This document shows positions 49,734 through 61,600 of a stretch of 64,000 nucleotides of DNA, piece after piece. The stretch comes from Alphaproteobacteria bacterium. GTDB lineage: Bacteria; Pseudomonadota; Alphaproteobacteria; RF32; CAG-239. Every line of letters starts with the position of its first letter. The stretch's first letter is position 1. Location: assembly GCA_017484225.1 (NCBI GenBank), contig JAFUTN010000044.1:4802-68801 (forward strand), written 5' to 3'. The notes under the pieces were generated by a model. The model worked only from the letters and a program-made list of their open reading frames with translations. It searched no databases and was not told the origin of the DNA. The position numbers and the translations under genes are program-made.

Positions 49734-50015
49734 ATGAAAACTGTTACTCGTGTTAATATTACTGAAGCAATTTATGAAGAAATCGGCTTGTCACGCAAAG
49801 ATTCCGGAGATATTCTGGATATGGTGATAGATGAGGTTTGCAATGAATTAGCAAGCGGTAATGATGTTAAAATTTCTTCATTCGGGACGTTTGCTTTGCG
49901 CAAAAAAAATGCCAGAATCGGCAGAAATCCGAAGACCGGTGAAGAAGCAGAAATCACACCGAGAACGGTTATTTCGTTCAAGCCTTCGCAAATTTTGCGC
50001 AAATCCGTAAACTAA
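49734..50015 (+). CDS. HU/IHF-family DNA-binding protein (IHF-alpha-like)
   Basis: 93 aa with ...GRNPKTGEEAEITPRTVISFKPSQ..., the DNA-binding arm signature. Confidence 0.8.
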   Translation: MKTVTRVNITEAIYEEIGLSRKDSGDILDMVIDEVCNELASGNDVKISSFGTFALRKKNARIGRNPKTGEEAEITPRTVISFKPSQILRKSVN

Positions 50016-50038
50016 CCTGATTTTAACGAGGTCAAAGA

Positions 50039-50494
50039 GTGATAAACAAGTCCAAATCCGCATTCAGAACAATAGCCGAAGTAGCTGATGAAATCGGCGT
50101 AGCTACCCACGTTTTGCGCTTTTGGGAAACTAAATTTGCTCAAATAAAACCGATGAAAGCTGCCGGCGGAAGAAGATATTATCGTCCGGAAGATGTTGAG
50201 TTAATAAAACTTATTCGCACTCTTTTATATGAAAATCGCTACACTATTGAAGGAGCGCAAAGACTAATCAAAGAAAAGGGAATCAAAGCTCTGCTCGGAG
50301 ACGGTGCCGAAATTCAAAAGGATTTTTTTGCCGACGACGAACCGGATTTACCTTTGGGGCTTGAACCGATAGAAAAAAAGGTTGAAGAACCGGAAATTCC
50401 GTTGGAAATTATCAATGCAGATGTTTTGGAACGTGTTGCCGAGGCCGTTGATGAATTAAAAGTCTTGAGCAATAACTTAAAGAAGTTTCTCTAA
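50039..50494 (+). CDS. MerR-family transcriptional regulator
   Basis: N-terminal [28 protein letters not shown]...[18 protein letters not shown], the MerR signature. Confidence 0.7.
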   Translation: MINKSKSAFRTIAEVADEIGVATHVLRFWETKFAQIKPMKAAGGRRYYRPEDVELIKLIRTLLYENRYTIEGAQRLIKEKGIKALLGDGAEIQKDFFADDEPDLPLGLEPIEKKVEEPEIPLEIINADVLERVAEAVDELKVLSNNLKKFL

Positions 50495-50512
50495 ACTTTA
50501 TGCAAAAAAAAC

Positions 50513-50542
50513 AAAAAACTCCCGAATTATCGGGAGTTTTTT
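50513..50542. terminator. Bidirectional hairpin terminator (ctcccga / tcgggag with flanking A/T runs)
   Basis: Lies between the convergent MerR-family and glgP genes. Confidence 0.7.
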
Positions 50543-50555
50543 GTCAGCACTGACA

Positions 50556-53021
50556 TCAGTCAACCGGTTTAACATGCCATATTTTTTCGGCATATTCACT
50601 AACTGAACGATCGCTGGAAAAATTACCGATACGAGCAACATTAAGCAGCGCCTTTTTGGCCCACACTTTTTTATTGTTATAATCTTTTTCTGCTTGATGA
50701 ATTGCTCGGTTAAAATCTTCCAAATCGGCCAAAATAAAGTAATAATCACTATTGAGAAGATAATCAAAAATCGGACGAAACAGCTGCGGATAGTCCTTTT
50801 CGCAAAACATATTGGAATTTACGGCATTCAAAATACGTTTAATGTAGTCTGAATTTTCGTATATTTCATGCGGATTATAAGTAAGACGCTTACTTCTAAC
50901 TTCTTCATCATTCAAACCGAACAAATAAAAGTTATCTTCGCCTACAGCTTCACGAATTTCAATATTCGCACCATCATAAGTGCCAACCGTTAAAGCGCCG
51001 TTTAAGGCAAATTTCATATTACTTGTTCCGGAGGCCTCAAAACCGGCAGTAGAAACCTGACAGCTCATATCGGCAGCCGGAATTAAGTATTCGGCAACCG
51101 AAACTTTGTAGTCCGGAATAAAAATCACCTTCAAGAACTTATTAGCTCTGTCGTCATTATTGATTACCTGAGCAACATTGTTTATCAATTTAATAATTAA
51201 TTTAGCAAACGTGTATGAAGGAGCTGCTTTGCCGGCAAAGATATAAGTTTTCGGAGTAATCGGATGAACATTATCGCGAACAATACTCAAGTATTCGCCG
51301 ATTACTTGCAAGGCAGTCATCAACTGACGTTTGTATTCATGTATTCTTTTAGCATGAACAATAAACATACTGTCGGCATCCACCATAACGCGTGTTGCCT
51401 TGTAAGCTTTTTGCGCCATGCGACGTTTATTTTCTTGTTTAATTTCCATAAAGTCGTGCAAAAACTTATCGTCATCAGCATATTTTTCCAACTGATGCAG
51501 TTGGTCCAAATCAACAACCCATCCTTTTCCGATTTTTGAGACTATTAAATCAGCTAAGGAGTTATTGGCGTGAACGAGCCAACGACGCGGAGTTATTCCG
51601 TTCGTAATATTCAAAAACTTTTCCGGCCAAAGTTCATAAAATTCAGGCACAAGGGAATGCTTTACCAATTCGGAATGGAGTTTTGCCACTCCGTTAACCG
51701 AGAATGAACCGACAATGGACAGGTTTGCCATGCGAATTACCTGATTATCGCCCTCACCGTCTACAATAGAAACTTTACCGAGCTTATAGCTGTCTTCACC
51801 GAAGCGTAAACGAGCAAACTCCATAAATCGGCGGTTAATTTCATAAATAATCTGCAAGTGACGAGGTAAAATACGTCCCAAAATATTACTGCTCCATTTT
51901 TCCAAAGCCTCCGGCAAAAGAGTGTGGTTGGTATAAGCAAACAATTTGGTAGTAATATTCCATGCATCATCCCATTCCTGACCATAAACGTCCACAAGCT
52001 GACGCATCATTTCAACAATAGCCAATGCCGGATGGGTATCATTCAGCTGAATACAAATATTGTCCGGCATTTTATAAAAATCATTACTCTTTTCCAAAAA
52101 ACGACGAATAATGTCTTGAACCGCGCAGGAAACAAAGAAGTATTGTTGCGTTAAGCGTAATTCTTTGCCGGATTCAATATTGTCTGACGGATACAAAACT
52201 TTAGAAATTGTTTCCGTTCTGATTTTGTCGCGCACCGCTTCAATATAACCGCCGCTGTTAAATATATTGATGTCTAGTTCATCATCCGTTTTTGCCGAGA
52301 ACAAACGCAAATAATTGACTGATTTTCCGGCATATCCTACTATTGGAAAATCATACGGAACACCATACAAAGTATGGGTATTTGTCCAAACATAACTAAC
52401 TTTTCCGTCCGGTTTGTTATACATTTCAACATGACCGCCGATAGGAATTGTAACAGTTCTGTCGTAACGTGCAAACTGCCATGGAGAATTTTCACCCAAC
52501 CAGCTGTCTGATTGCTCTACCTGATAGCCGTTATCAAACTTTTGTTTGAACAAACCGAATTGATAGTTGATTCCGTATCCGAATCCGGGAATACCGAGCG
52601 AAGCCATAGAATCAAGATAGCACGCCGCCAAACGACCTAACCCGCCGTTTCCAAGCGCCGGATCATATTCGGCATCAAAAATATCTTGCAAAGAAAATTC
52701 CGGAAAACCCTCTATATTTATATCCTTTAAAATATCATACAAACCAAGGTTATAGAGATTATTTTCTAATGAGCGACCGATTAAATATTCAATGGAAAGA
52801 TAATATACACGTTTTGTGCCAACTTTATTGTATCGGGCAATCGTTTCATACATTTTATCCATAGCAAATTCACGCACAGCCAAGGCCACCACATTGAACG
52901 CTTCTTCTTTTGTAATTTCGCAAACACGCTTACCGATAAAATATTTAATGTAATGCTCTATCGCCAACTTTAATCTGGCTCTGTCTATTTCATCCAAAAC
53001 TCGTTGATGACTTTCTACCAC
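50556..53021 (-). CDS. glgP: Glycogen/alpha-glucan phosphorylase (GT35)
   Basis: 821 aa with the PLP-Lys region EASGTSNMKFALNGALT and typical GT35 blocks (...NDTHPA..., ...TNHT...). Confidence 0.9.
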   Translation of the reverse strand: MVESHQRVLDEIDRARLKLAIEHYIKYFIGKRVCEITKEEAFNVVALAVREFAMDKMYETIARYNKVGTKRVYYLSIEYLIGRSLENNLYNLGLYDILKDINIEGFPEFSLQDIFDAEYDPALGNGGLGRLAACYLDSMASLGIPGFGYGINYQFGLFKQKFDNGYQVEQSDSWLGENSPWQFARYDRTVTIPIGGHVEMYNKPDGKVSYVWTNTHTLYGVPYDFPIVGYAGKSVNYLRLFSAKTDDELDINIFNSGGYIEAVRDKIRTETISKVLYPSDNIESGKELRLTQQYFFVSCAVQDIIRRFLEKSNDFYKMPDNICIQLNDTHPALAIVEMMRQLVDVYGQEWDDAWNITTKLFAYTNHTLLPEALEKWSSNILGRILPRHLQIIYEINRRFMEFARLRFGEDSYKLGKVSIVDGEGDNQVIRMANLSIVGSFSVNGVAKLHSELVKHSLVPEFYELWPEKFLNITNGITPRRWLVHANNSLADLIVSKIGKGWVVDLDQLHQLEKYADDDKFLHDFMEIKQENKRRMAQKAYKATRVMVDADSMFIVHAKRIHEYKRQLMTALQVIGEYLSIVRDNVHPITPKTYIFAGKAAPSYTFAKLIIKLINNVAQVINNDDRANKFLKVIFIPDYKVSVAEYLIPAADMSCQVSTAGFEASGTSNMKFALNGALTVGTYDGANIEIREAVGEDNFYLFGLNDEEVRSKRLTYNPHEIYENSDYIKRILNAVNSNMFCEKDYPQLFRPIFDYLLNSDYYFILADLEDFNRAIHQAEKDYNNKKVWAKKALLNVARIGNFSSDRSVSEYAEKIWHVKPVD

Positions 53022-53204
53022 CTTATTTCTCCCGCAATATTTAAATTAACATACCTATTTATACCAGAACATAAGCAAAATTCGTTGAAAATTGCTTAAC
53101 AATATTTCATTTTATCCCCAGATAATATAACAACATTATTTGATTTTTAACCATTTTACCGGTAATAAAATGTCTATGGGTAAATTTTAAAACAGAGAAA
53201 GAAT

Positions 53205-54560
53205 ATGATTAATAAAAAACTTATATTGGCTGTTTCGTTCGGATTGATTACATCTGCCAACGTTCATGCCGAATCAATTTTTGAAGCCATGACCGAGGCT
53301 TACAACACGAATCCTGTATTGCAGGGACAACGGGCAACCAGCGGTATTGCAAATGAAGATGCAGCATTAGCTCGTTCCGGTTTCAGACCGGTGATAAGTG
53401 CAAATTCCAGTTACACGGATTCGCACACTCATACCAAACCTAACCCTACAAATGACGGCTACGGTAAGGGGTATAATGCTCAGGTTTCTCAATCGTTGTT
53501 CAGCGGTTTGCAAACTTACAATGCCGTGAGAGCTGCCGACCAAGCCGCAAAAGCCGGTATTCAGACTTTGTATGAAACAGAACAAAATGTTTTGCTGAAT
53601 GCCTCAAAAGCCTATTTAGATGTTTTACGCGACGAAGCTATTGTTAAGTTGCAAAAAAACAATGAAAAATTACTAAAAAAACAATTAGATGAAACACTTG
53701 CCCGTTTTGATGTCGGTGAAGTTACCAGAACTGACGTGGCTCAATCAAGAGCAAGTTACGCCCAAGCACAATCTGATTTGATTTCTGCCGAAGGCAACTT
53801 GGAAATATCTAAAGCAAACTATTTGCATTATGTCGGCAGCCAACCTGACGATTTGAAAACACCGGAAGGTTTGCAAAAATTTTTCCCTGTTCAATATGCC
53901 GAAGCTTTGCAATATGCCAAAAATAACAATCATGCTCTTAAAGCAGCCCAAAAAAATGCCAGAGCAGCAAAATATGATGTGAGAAGCAAAACAGGCGCAC
54001 TGTTACCGGAAGTATCGTTTAATGCCAGAACCGGTAAAAATGAAGCTTCCAACCATCTCGGCAAAAATATTAATACAACTGATACGGAATACACCGTTAA
54101 TATGAGTGTTCCACTCTATGCCGGCGGTGCTACTCGCGCCAAAATACGCCAAAGCAAGTATAAAAAATGGGCAGCCAAAGAAAACCTAAAAGAAACAGAG
54201 CGCGCCGTTGAAGCCGGAGTTACCGGTTCTTGGGAGGCTATGCAAACCAGTCGTTCCAACATAAAATCCATTCAAGAGCAAGTAAAAGCTTCGGCCATTG
54301 CTTTGGAAGGAACGCAAAAAGAAGAGGCTTTAGGTAATCGCACTGTCTTAGATGTATTAAATGCTTATCAAGCTTTACTGTTATCTCAGGTTACCGAAGT
54401 AGAAGCTCAGCATGACTACTACCTTTCAGGTTTACAACTTCTGCAGGTTATGGGTAAACTCACCGCTAAAGATATGCATTTAAATGTCAGCTATTACAAC
54501 CCTGAGGAACATTTTGAAAATACCAAAGGTAAATGGTTGACTCTGGATATTGATGACTAA
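53205..54560 (+). CDS. TolC-family outer-membrane efflux protein
   Basis: Signal peptide, then two TolC/OEP repeats (…LEEALQYAKNNNHALKAAQ…). 451 aa. Followed by a terminator at 54591-54622. Confidence 0.75.
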   Translation: MINKKLILAVSFGLITSANVHAESIFEAMTEAYNTNPVLQGQRATSGIANEDAALARSGFRPVISANSSYTDSHTHTKPNPTNDGYGKGYNAQVSQSLFSGLQTYNAVRAADQAAKAGIQTLYETEQNVLLNASKAYLDVLRDEAIVKLQKNNEKLLKKQLDETLARFDVGEVTRTDVAQSRASYAQAQSDLISAEGNLEISKANYLHYVGSQPDDLKTPEGLQKFFPVQYAEALQYAKNNNHALKAAQKNARAAKYDVRSKTGALLPEVSFNARTGKNEASNHLGKNINTTDTEYTVNMSVPLYAGGATRAKIRQSKYKKWAAKENLKETERAVEAGVTGSWEAMQTSRSNIKSIQEQVKASAIALEGTQKEEALGNRTVLDVLNAYQALLLSQVTEVEAQHDYYLSGLQLLQVMGKLTAKDMHLNVSYYNPEEHFENTKGKWLTLDIDD

Positions 54561-54691
54561 GCTGATATTTTCGCAGATTTTTATTACACAAATAATCCTC
54601 AACTGTTTGAGGATTATTTTGTTAATGAAAACTCTTTACAAAAGACTATATATTTTATAAAATAGTTGCAGAATGTAAAAAATACATTTTA

Positions 54692-54872
54692 GGGCGTGAG
54701 AACCCTTTTACTTCATCAGTCGCATTGATTTGCGACTCAAAATGTGTACCGAGTTCGCTCGTAAATTAGAGCGGATGTCGGTGTTATAAGGCTTTTGAGC
54801 GCGAAAACGCCGAGCCGTTTGATGAAGTACGGTTTCTCAACATCCGCCCACCGTTTTAGGTGGCTTTTTTAT
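54692..54872 (+). ncRNA. Candidate ~180-nt structured sRNA (6S-like closing stem plus intrinsic terminator)
   Basis: The 5' segment gggcgtgagaacccttttacttcatc (54692-54718) is almost perfectly complementary to the 3' segment gatgaagtacggtttctcaacatccgccc (54820-54849). Internal hairpin gtcgcattgatttgcgac. Terminator ccaccgttttaggtggctttttt. Upstream promoter-like TTTACA-17-TAAAAT at 54644-54672. No ORF. Confidence 0.45.
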
Positions 54873-54893
54873 TAACTTTTTAATAATGAAAGG

Positions 54894-55616
54894 ATGTTTG
54901 GAATGAAGTATTCTGCATTTATTTTTTGTTTTATCGGTGCCGGTGCTGCCTTTGCCGAAACATGGAATTGCGGACCGGCAACTGACGGGGTATACAGTGA
55001 CAGCGTTAAATGCACGTATGATGAAGCAAGTAAAACTTTAACCATTTCCGGTGAAGGAAAAATGGGGAATTATCATTATGTACAGGTTGACGGAGAATCT
55101 GCAACCGACACACCATGGCTAAGAAAAGATATTGTCCACGCCGTTGTGGAAAAAGGGGTTACCACAATCGGGGATAGAGTATTTAAGGCATTATACAATT
55201 TGGAAGATGTCACCGGATTGGAAAATATTGAATCAGTAGGGAATTTTGCTTTTGGTTATGATGGAAAATTAACAAGTATAGATATTCCGAATGCACAAAA
55301 TATCGGTCAGGGTGCGTTTGCAGATACTGTTTCTTTAATGTATGCAGGGTTCTCGGAAAGTGTTGATTTTGCTACCGAACCGCATCTTCCATTTAGAGCT
55401 TCACGGCTTTCTAAATGTGCTTCTCATGGAGAATGCGGAAATTGCGGAGAAAAATTCGTGCAAGCGGGAGTTGGTTGTGTAAATGATTGCTATGTCGGAT
55501 ATTATCCGACAAATCAAGGATACTGCAAAATAATTAAACTCCGTTACACCCTGCCGGAAGCAGACGCGGCAACGAGTAATGACAACGAAAATATGATTGA
55601 ATGGATATTTGAATAA
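54894..55616 (+). CDS. Secreted leucine-rich-repeat (BspA-like) plus Cys-rich protein sharing a C-terminal tag with 574..1218
   Basis: Signal peptide, then LRR_5/BspA-like repeats (...VTTIGDRVFKALYNLEDVTGLENIESVGNFAFGYDGKLTSIDIPNAQNIGQGAFADT...), then Cys-rich CxxC units. The C-terminus KIIKLRYTLPEADAATSNDNENMIEWIFE is nearly identical to that of the 574..1218 protein. Confidence 0.6.
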   Translation: MFGMKYSAFIFCFIGAGAAFAETWNCGPATDGVYSDSVKCTYDEASKTLTISGEGKMGNYHYVQVDGESATDTPWLRKDIVHAVVEKGVTTIGDRVFKALYNLEDVTGLENIESVGNFAFGYDGKLTSIDIPNAQNIGQGAFADTVSLMYAGFSESVDFATEPHLPFRASRLSKCASHGECGNCGEKFVQAGVGCVNDCYVGYYPTNQGYCKIIKLRYTLPEADAATSNDNENMIEWIFE

Positions 55617-55693
55617 CCATTGTCGGCTGATTATACAGTTTCTAAATTAGGCATGGCTAAAACCACTTAAAATTTTAGCCATGAAATTTTTAA

Positions 55694-58600
55694 CTAAAAA
55701 CGGTATTTAGCGCCAACGGTTCCGGTGTGTTCGGTATATTTACCGCGCCAGTTACCGATATATGTCATGTTGATGTCAAATTTTTCATTCATCTTGATAT
55801 TCAGTCCCAAATTACCTTCTAAGCTGAATTTATCGGTATTTGAGGTAACAAACGTATAGCTTCTGCCGTTTTTAAGCTGAATAACCGATTTTTCGTCATC
55901 AGATTTCATATCATAACCGACACCGAGATATGCCTCCGGACGCACAATAGCGGAATCCCCTACTCTGTAACTTTTATTCATCCGCAAGCCGGCAAGTCCG
56001 GTAACCACTTTCATATCGGCAGAATCTACATGCTGAGTCGTATCGTCCGTGTATGCGTCACGAGAAATACTGGTTACGCGCGCTCCGAACTCCGGAATAT
56101 AATTTATGTAGTGACCGATAAATTCATAACCGGTTTTAAATTGAACCGACGAATACTTAACATCATACTTAGCTTTGAATTTTTTACCCAAAGCTTTTTT
56201 ATCTTCTTCGTATTCGGACATGCTGTATGATGCCATCAAATTAGCAAACCAATGATTTGGTTTCACTTCACCGTAAACAAATCCGGTGTGAGTGGTAATA
56301 TCTGTATCACGGGAACTATTTTCCGCCGTTGACAAATCAAAGGCATAGCCGACGCCTACTCTTACGGACTCACCTAAATTGGTATCGGCACCGATTGCCA
56401 TACCTTTAGCATCCAAATCAAAACCGCTTATGGCACCGTCATCATCATAATTTCCCTTAGAAAAGTAAGCTTTTGCCCATGTTGTGCTGTATTTGAGCGA
56501 ATTATCTCCGGATGATACGCCGTAATATCTTGTGCCGTAAGAATCCTGATAGCTGTCGTAAGTATTGTTGTATTGATAATAACCGCTGTTCATATATCTG
56601 CCGAACATGGAGCGATTACGCTGAATAACACGATTGTTGCGCAAGTGAGAGCCTATCATATTAAACAAACGGTCACTGTTGGTTATGGCAGCGGTTTTCA
56701 CTATCGGTGCTTCGGACGGAGCAATGGCTGCCAACGCCTCATTGAGTTTTTTGCCGTCATTTTGAGCCAATTCAAACAAACCGTCGGCAATACTTTGTCC
56801 GACCGTTCCATCATCAAACGGCGACAAATCAACCCAGTTGCGCGCAGTTAAAGCGTTATCTTCCGTTCCGCCGTTTTCACGGGAAACCTCTTCAGCCGTT
56901 TTGTAGTATTGAATGATATAAACACCTTCTTCACCGGCCTTTTTGCTGATTTTATACATATTATTGCTTACAACATCCGTGAAATTGTTAACAAAATCAT
57001 CATTACCGGCCGAAAGCAAACGAACTTCAACCGAAGGTTTGCCGCCCAATAATCCCGTTCCGAGTGTTGCTTTCAACACAGCCCCCTCGTTAACCACCAT
57101 ATTATCGGCAACAACCAATCCATGTCTGCCATCTGTTACGGCGCGGATTTTTAAATCCAAAACCGAACCGGAATTAAACACAACACTGTTCAAATTAACG
57201 GTATTTGTTCCGATTGTTAAGCTTCCTCCGGTTGCATACAAAGAATCGGTTGTTCCGAATGTTGCGGAAGCATCATCTGCTTTCAAGTTACCGCTGTTAA
57301 GATTAATTCGGTTGTCGGTTATTGAATTTTTCAGCGTAACATCTCCGGCAATATTTATGATTCCGTTATCACCGTTAATGCCGTCTGCCAAAACAATCTT
57401 GTTACCGTTTGTCGTGCTAAAATTAAGTATTCCGGCATTATAAATTGCATTAGCTGCCTCATTAACCATATTTCCTTCAAAGCTTACATCTCTGTCATCA
57501 GCCATAACATTAACCGTTCCTTTATTGTATATTGCACCTCCGGAACCGGTTGCATTATTGTCATATAAGTTAACATTGGTTAAATTAACCTTGGCGGAAC
57601 TGTTGACTACTTTAATGGCGGAGCCGTCAATACCGGAAGCATTTTTTATGTCAACGTTTGAAATGTTAAGTGTTGATATGTTATTCAAAACAAAACCGCT
57701 ATGTGCATTCATATTAATGCTTGATGCTTTATCGGCAGACGAGCTCAGCACGCCTCTCACATTAAATGTGTCTGTTGATGAACTGCCGAGATTGTCTTCA
57801 ACCTTATATATGTTGTTATAGCGATTGAAATAAAATTCTTTTTCTGCTCCCAGATTTGCCTGATTTACTAAGGCTAACGTGTCACCTTGATAGCCGATAA
57901 ATGTTTTTTCTCCCGGAGTAAGTGAGGTAACTTTCAAAACAATACTGTCATTTGCCGTATCTTTGGTTCCTATTTCCAATATTCCGTTCACACCGAATTT
58001 TTGATTATAAACAGCATACTTGTCGTTCCATGCCGTAGAAATTTTTATTGCATCACTTACTTCTTTTTCGGTTAACCCTACCTGTTTTTCAACCGAAGTT
58101 TGTTCTCGCAACTCGTCCGTCATACTTAATTGTAACGCATTGTTATTATTTGCATTATTCAATACTTTAATCTTGTATGTATCCCCGACATCTGCATCAG
58201 CAATAAATTCGGAATCGCTATTCAATATATTCAGCTTATTAAGCAGAACCGTTCCGTTGGAAGCAGTGCCTGTTGATGTTCCGTAATCATCTGTTGTGGT
58301 AAATGTATCTGATTGCAAAGTAACATAATTAATGTCAATTTCATATTTTGCAACATCTGTTCCGATATTGGAAAACAGTGACTTAAACGCATTATCCCGA
58401 GTGGTGTTATCCAAGGTATTAACGGTTAAAGTTCCGGAACTTCCGCCGCCAAAAGTAACAATGGCATCTTTCATTTCTCCTGCAAGCAAAAATGTTCCGG
58501 TTGAACCGTCCGTAATTCCGACATTAACGGCATAATTATTTGTTCCGTTAATAACATCATCAAGTTCAAATACACCGGCTTTGGATAAACCGATATTCAA

Positions 58601-61600
58601 ATTACTTCCGTCCATATAAACCGCACTGTTGCCGGAATTATCTTTAATTACTGATGTGTAACCGACGTCTGTTGTTTCTCCGCTATCCGGATCGGTAACC
58701 GTTGTGCCGGTAACATACAAATTCACATCCTTATCGGCATAAATTGCACTGCCCTCTTCATCTGCTCTGGCAGACGAATTGCCTTTGAAATCAACATTCG
58801 TAAAATTTTGAATTGAATTTGCATCGGCAAATGTAAATGTATTCACGCCGTTGGTGAAAAGAACGTTATTGATATCATATTCCGCACCGTCTCCGGAAAC
58901 AAAACCGGTGTATTGGTTCAAATCAATCGTTGATTTTGTTCCGCCGGAATTACTCTTTCCGTTGATTACAAATTTTCCGGCACCGGTTGTTCCCATATAG
59001 TTTTGTCCCGCCAAATCGGAAACATATTCCGTCTCTTCCACAACAATTTTATCATTATTAACCACTTTTACATTGTTAAATGAGCCAAAATCAAAACTGC
59101 GGGAAGAAAATCCGGCGGCAGTTCCGTTCAATCTGTTAACCATTACGAGATTGTCACCCAAACCGGCTTCAATATCTTTACTGTATGTAGTCGGACCTTC
59201 CGTAATCACAAGACTGTCGTTTGTTGTATCTTTGGTAGCAAGTTTAACCGTGCCGTTAACGATTTCCGTCATTTTTCCGCGGGTATAATTTTCAGCCCAA
59301 TTTGTTTCAGATTCAACACTATCGGTATACGGCGCGCCGATTATTGAGCTAACCGGAAACAACAATCCCTCTACCGGACTACCGTCTTCTTCTTCCAAAC
59401 GAAGCTGAATATTGTCTTTATTGTTCATATTTTTAACGATTTGCAGCTTTTTCCCGCTTTCTTTCAAGCTGTTATAAGCATCAACACTAAAATCGGTAAA
59501 ATTAATTTTGCTCAAAGTAATATACTGTCCGGCATCCGCACTTTGGGCAACAATTCTGTCCCACCAATAAGTGCTTCCGGAGGTTTCTGCCGCCGAATTA
59601 CCCAGTGATAAATCTATTTCGTAACGAGCATTTTCGGTTGATGTAAACTGCCGGTATCCTTCCGGAATTGTTCCGTCTCCGCCGGAAAACTTGTATTCGG
59701 TATACATTCCGGATATTCCGTCATAGGAAACAGCATTTCCAAGCATACTGACGGTTATTTTATCAATATTTATTTCCCCTTGATTAAGTCTGGCATCTGA
59801 GGCACTTGCATAGTCCCATTTTATTTGGCTGTTCAGGTGGAATTTTTCCGTTTTTGCATCATTTCCACTTATTATGACTTTATATCCGTTAACACCGGAA
59901 ATACCTTGATTTAAATATATTTCTCCGCCGTTAACGGCATTAAATGTCACATTAACATCTGAAATTCCGACATATCCGGCAGCATCAGATCCTTCTGTCC
60001 CTGTTTGCCCGATTACAATACCGAAAGCACTGTTGCCAGCACTTCCAATCACAGTTGAAGCAACTACACCTTCAACATCATCATCTGTTGTAATATCTCC
60101 TAAATCAGTGCCATCGGCAACAATTTTAAAATCTGTTTTAGACTGTATGGCGTATCCCGATGTCGGAAGCAACCTGACATTTGTAAACGTTATGGTTTTA
60201 TCGCCGCTTTTTTTGGTTGTTTTGAAATCAAACAAATTGCTTGCATTTTGAAAAGCAACATTTTTAACGGTAAATGTATCGGCAAACGTTTCACGATAGC
60301 TACCGGTTTGTGAATTTTTATCAATATAAAATCCTCCGGCACCGTTGATTGTTGACAAGAAAATATTGCCGGAAGAATCTTTTCCCCATTTACCTTCAAT
60401 ATCAAATGACGTTCCGTGAATCGGAAGCTGACCGTAATATAAACCTCCGAAGATATCATATCTTGCTTTGCTTGAATTATACGCATAAACCTCATCTGCA
60501 TTTTGCGAAATAAAACTTCTGCTGACAGGAGCACCGCTGTCTGAATATGTGCAACTTGAAAGATTGCAAGTGACATTAGGAGACAGTGTTGTTGCCACCC
60601 ACAATGCATCAGCGGTTTTATCTCCCTTATCTTCTCTATCTTCAACTTTCTTTTCTAATTTATAAACACCGTTATCACCTTGCTTCAGATACGAAACTTT
60701 GCTTAAATATATTTTCTTTTTTATTGCCGACTCATAACCGAGTTCTCTTTGGGTATATTCAGCCGTATCCGGATCATAATCACTCATCCATGTAATTGTG
60801 TTATCAACATTTTCAAGTTCAACGCTGCCGCCTACCTGCTGTTCATAACTATTCCATCCTCCTTCTCCGGAAGCTGTCCAGCTTCCGCCTCCGGTTTTCA
60901 GGATAGTCCACTGCCAAGACCCGCTTTCGTCAACCGACGGAGTATCAAAAGAAAAGTGACTTGAATCAAATTTTCCGTTAAATATTCCGGTTTGTATAAC
61001 ATCACTACTGCCGGTAGAAAGTGCTGACATATAAAACCTTCCGTCACCCAGTGTCAAATCTCCGAATTTATACACACCATCCCTGTTGTCATATCTTGTA
61101 TCAAAATACACATAAGAACCGACGTTGATGTTGGAATCGGTAATTCCCACATCATTACTTGAACTTTCATTGTATAAATAAAACCTTCTGCTGCCACTTG
61201 AAGATGTAATATTTGTCGTCGTTGCACCGGTTATCAAATCATGAAGATGAACGTCCCTCGTCAAATTAATATTGAGAGTTCCGCCGTTCATATAAACAGC
61301 TTCATTTTTTCCGTTTGCCGTATTATGATTACCGGAATTTCCTATCTTCAATTCATTTGTAACATTAAGAGTTAAATTACCTCCGTCCATATAAACGGCA
61401 CCGCCGTGACCGCTGGCACTATTGCCGGTGATATTGGAAGCTCCGGTTATCGTCACATCTTTAGTGCTGTATATCGCGCCGCCGTTAGTGCCTGCACTGT
61501 TACCGGTAATATCACCGCCTATCGTTATTGCCGAGCCGGTATTATAAATTGCGCCACCGCTACCGTCATTTGTCTTGTTGTTTGTTAAACTGCCTATGGT

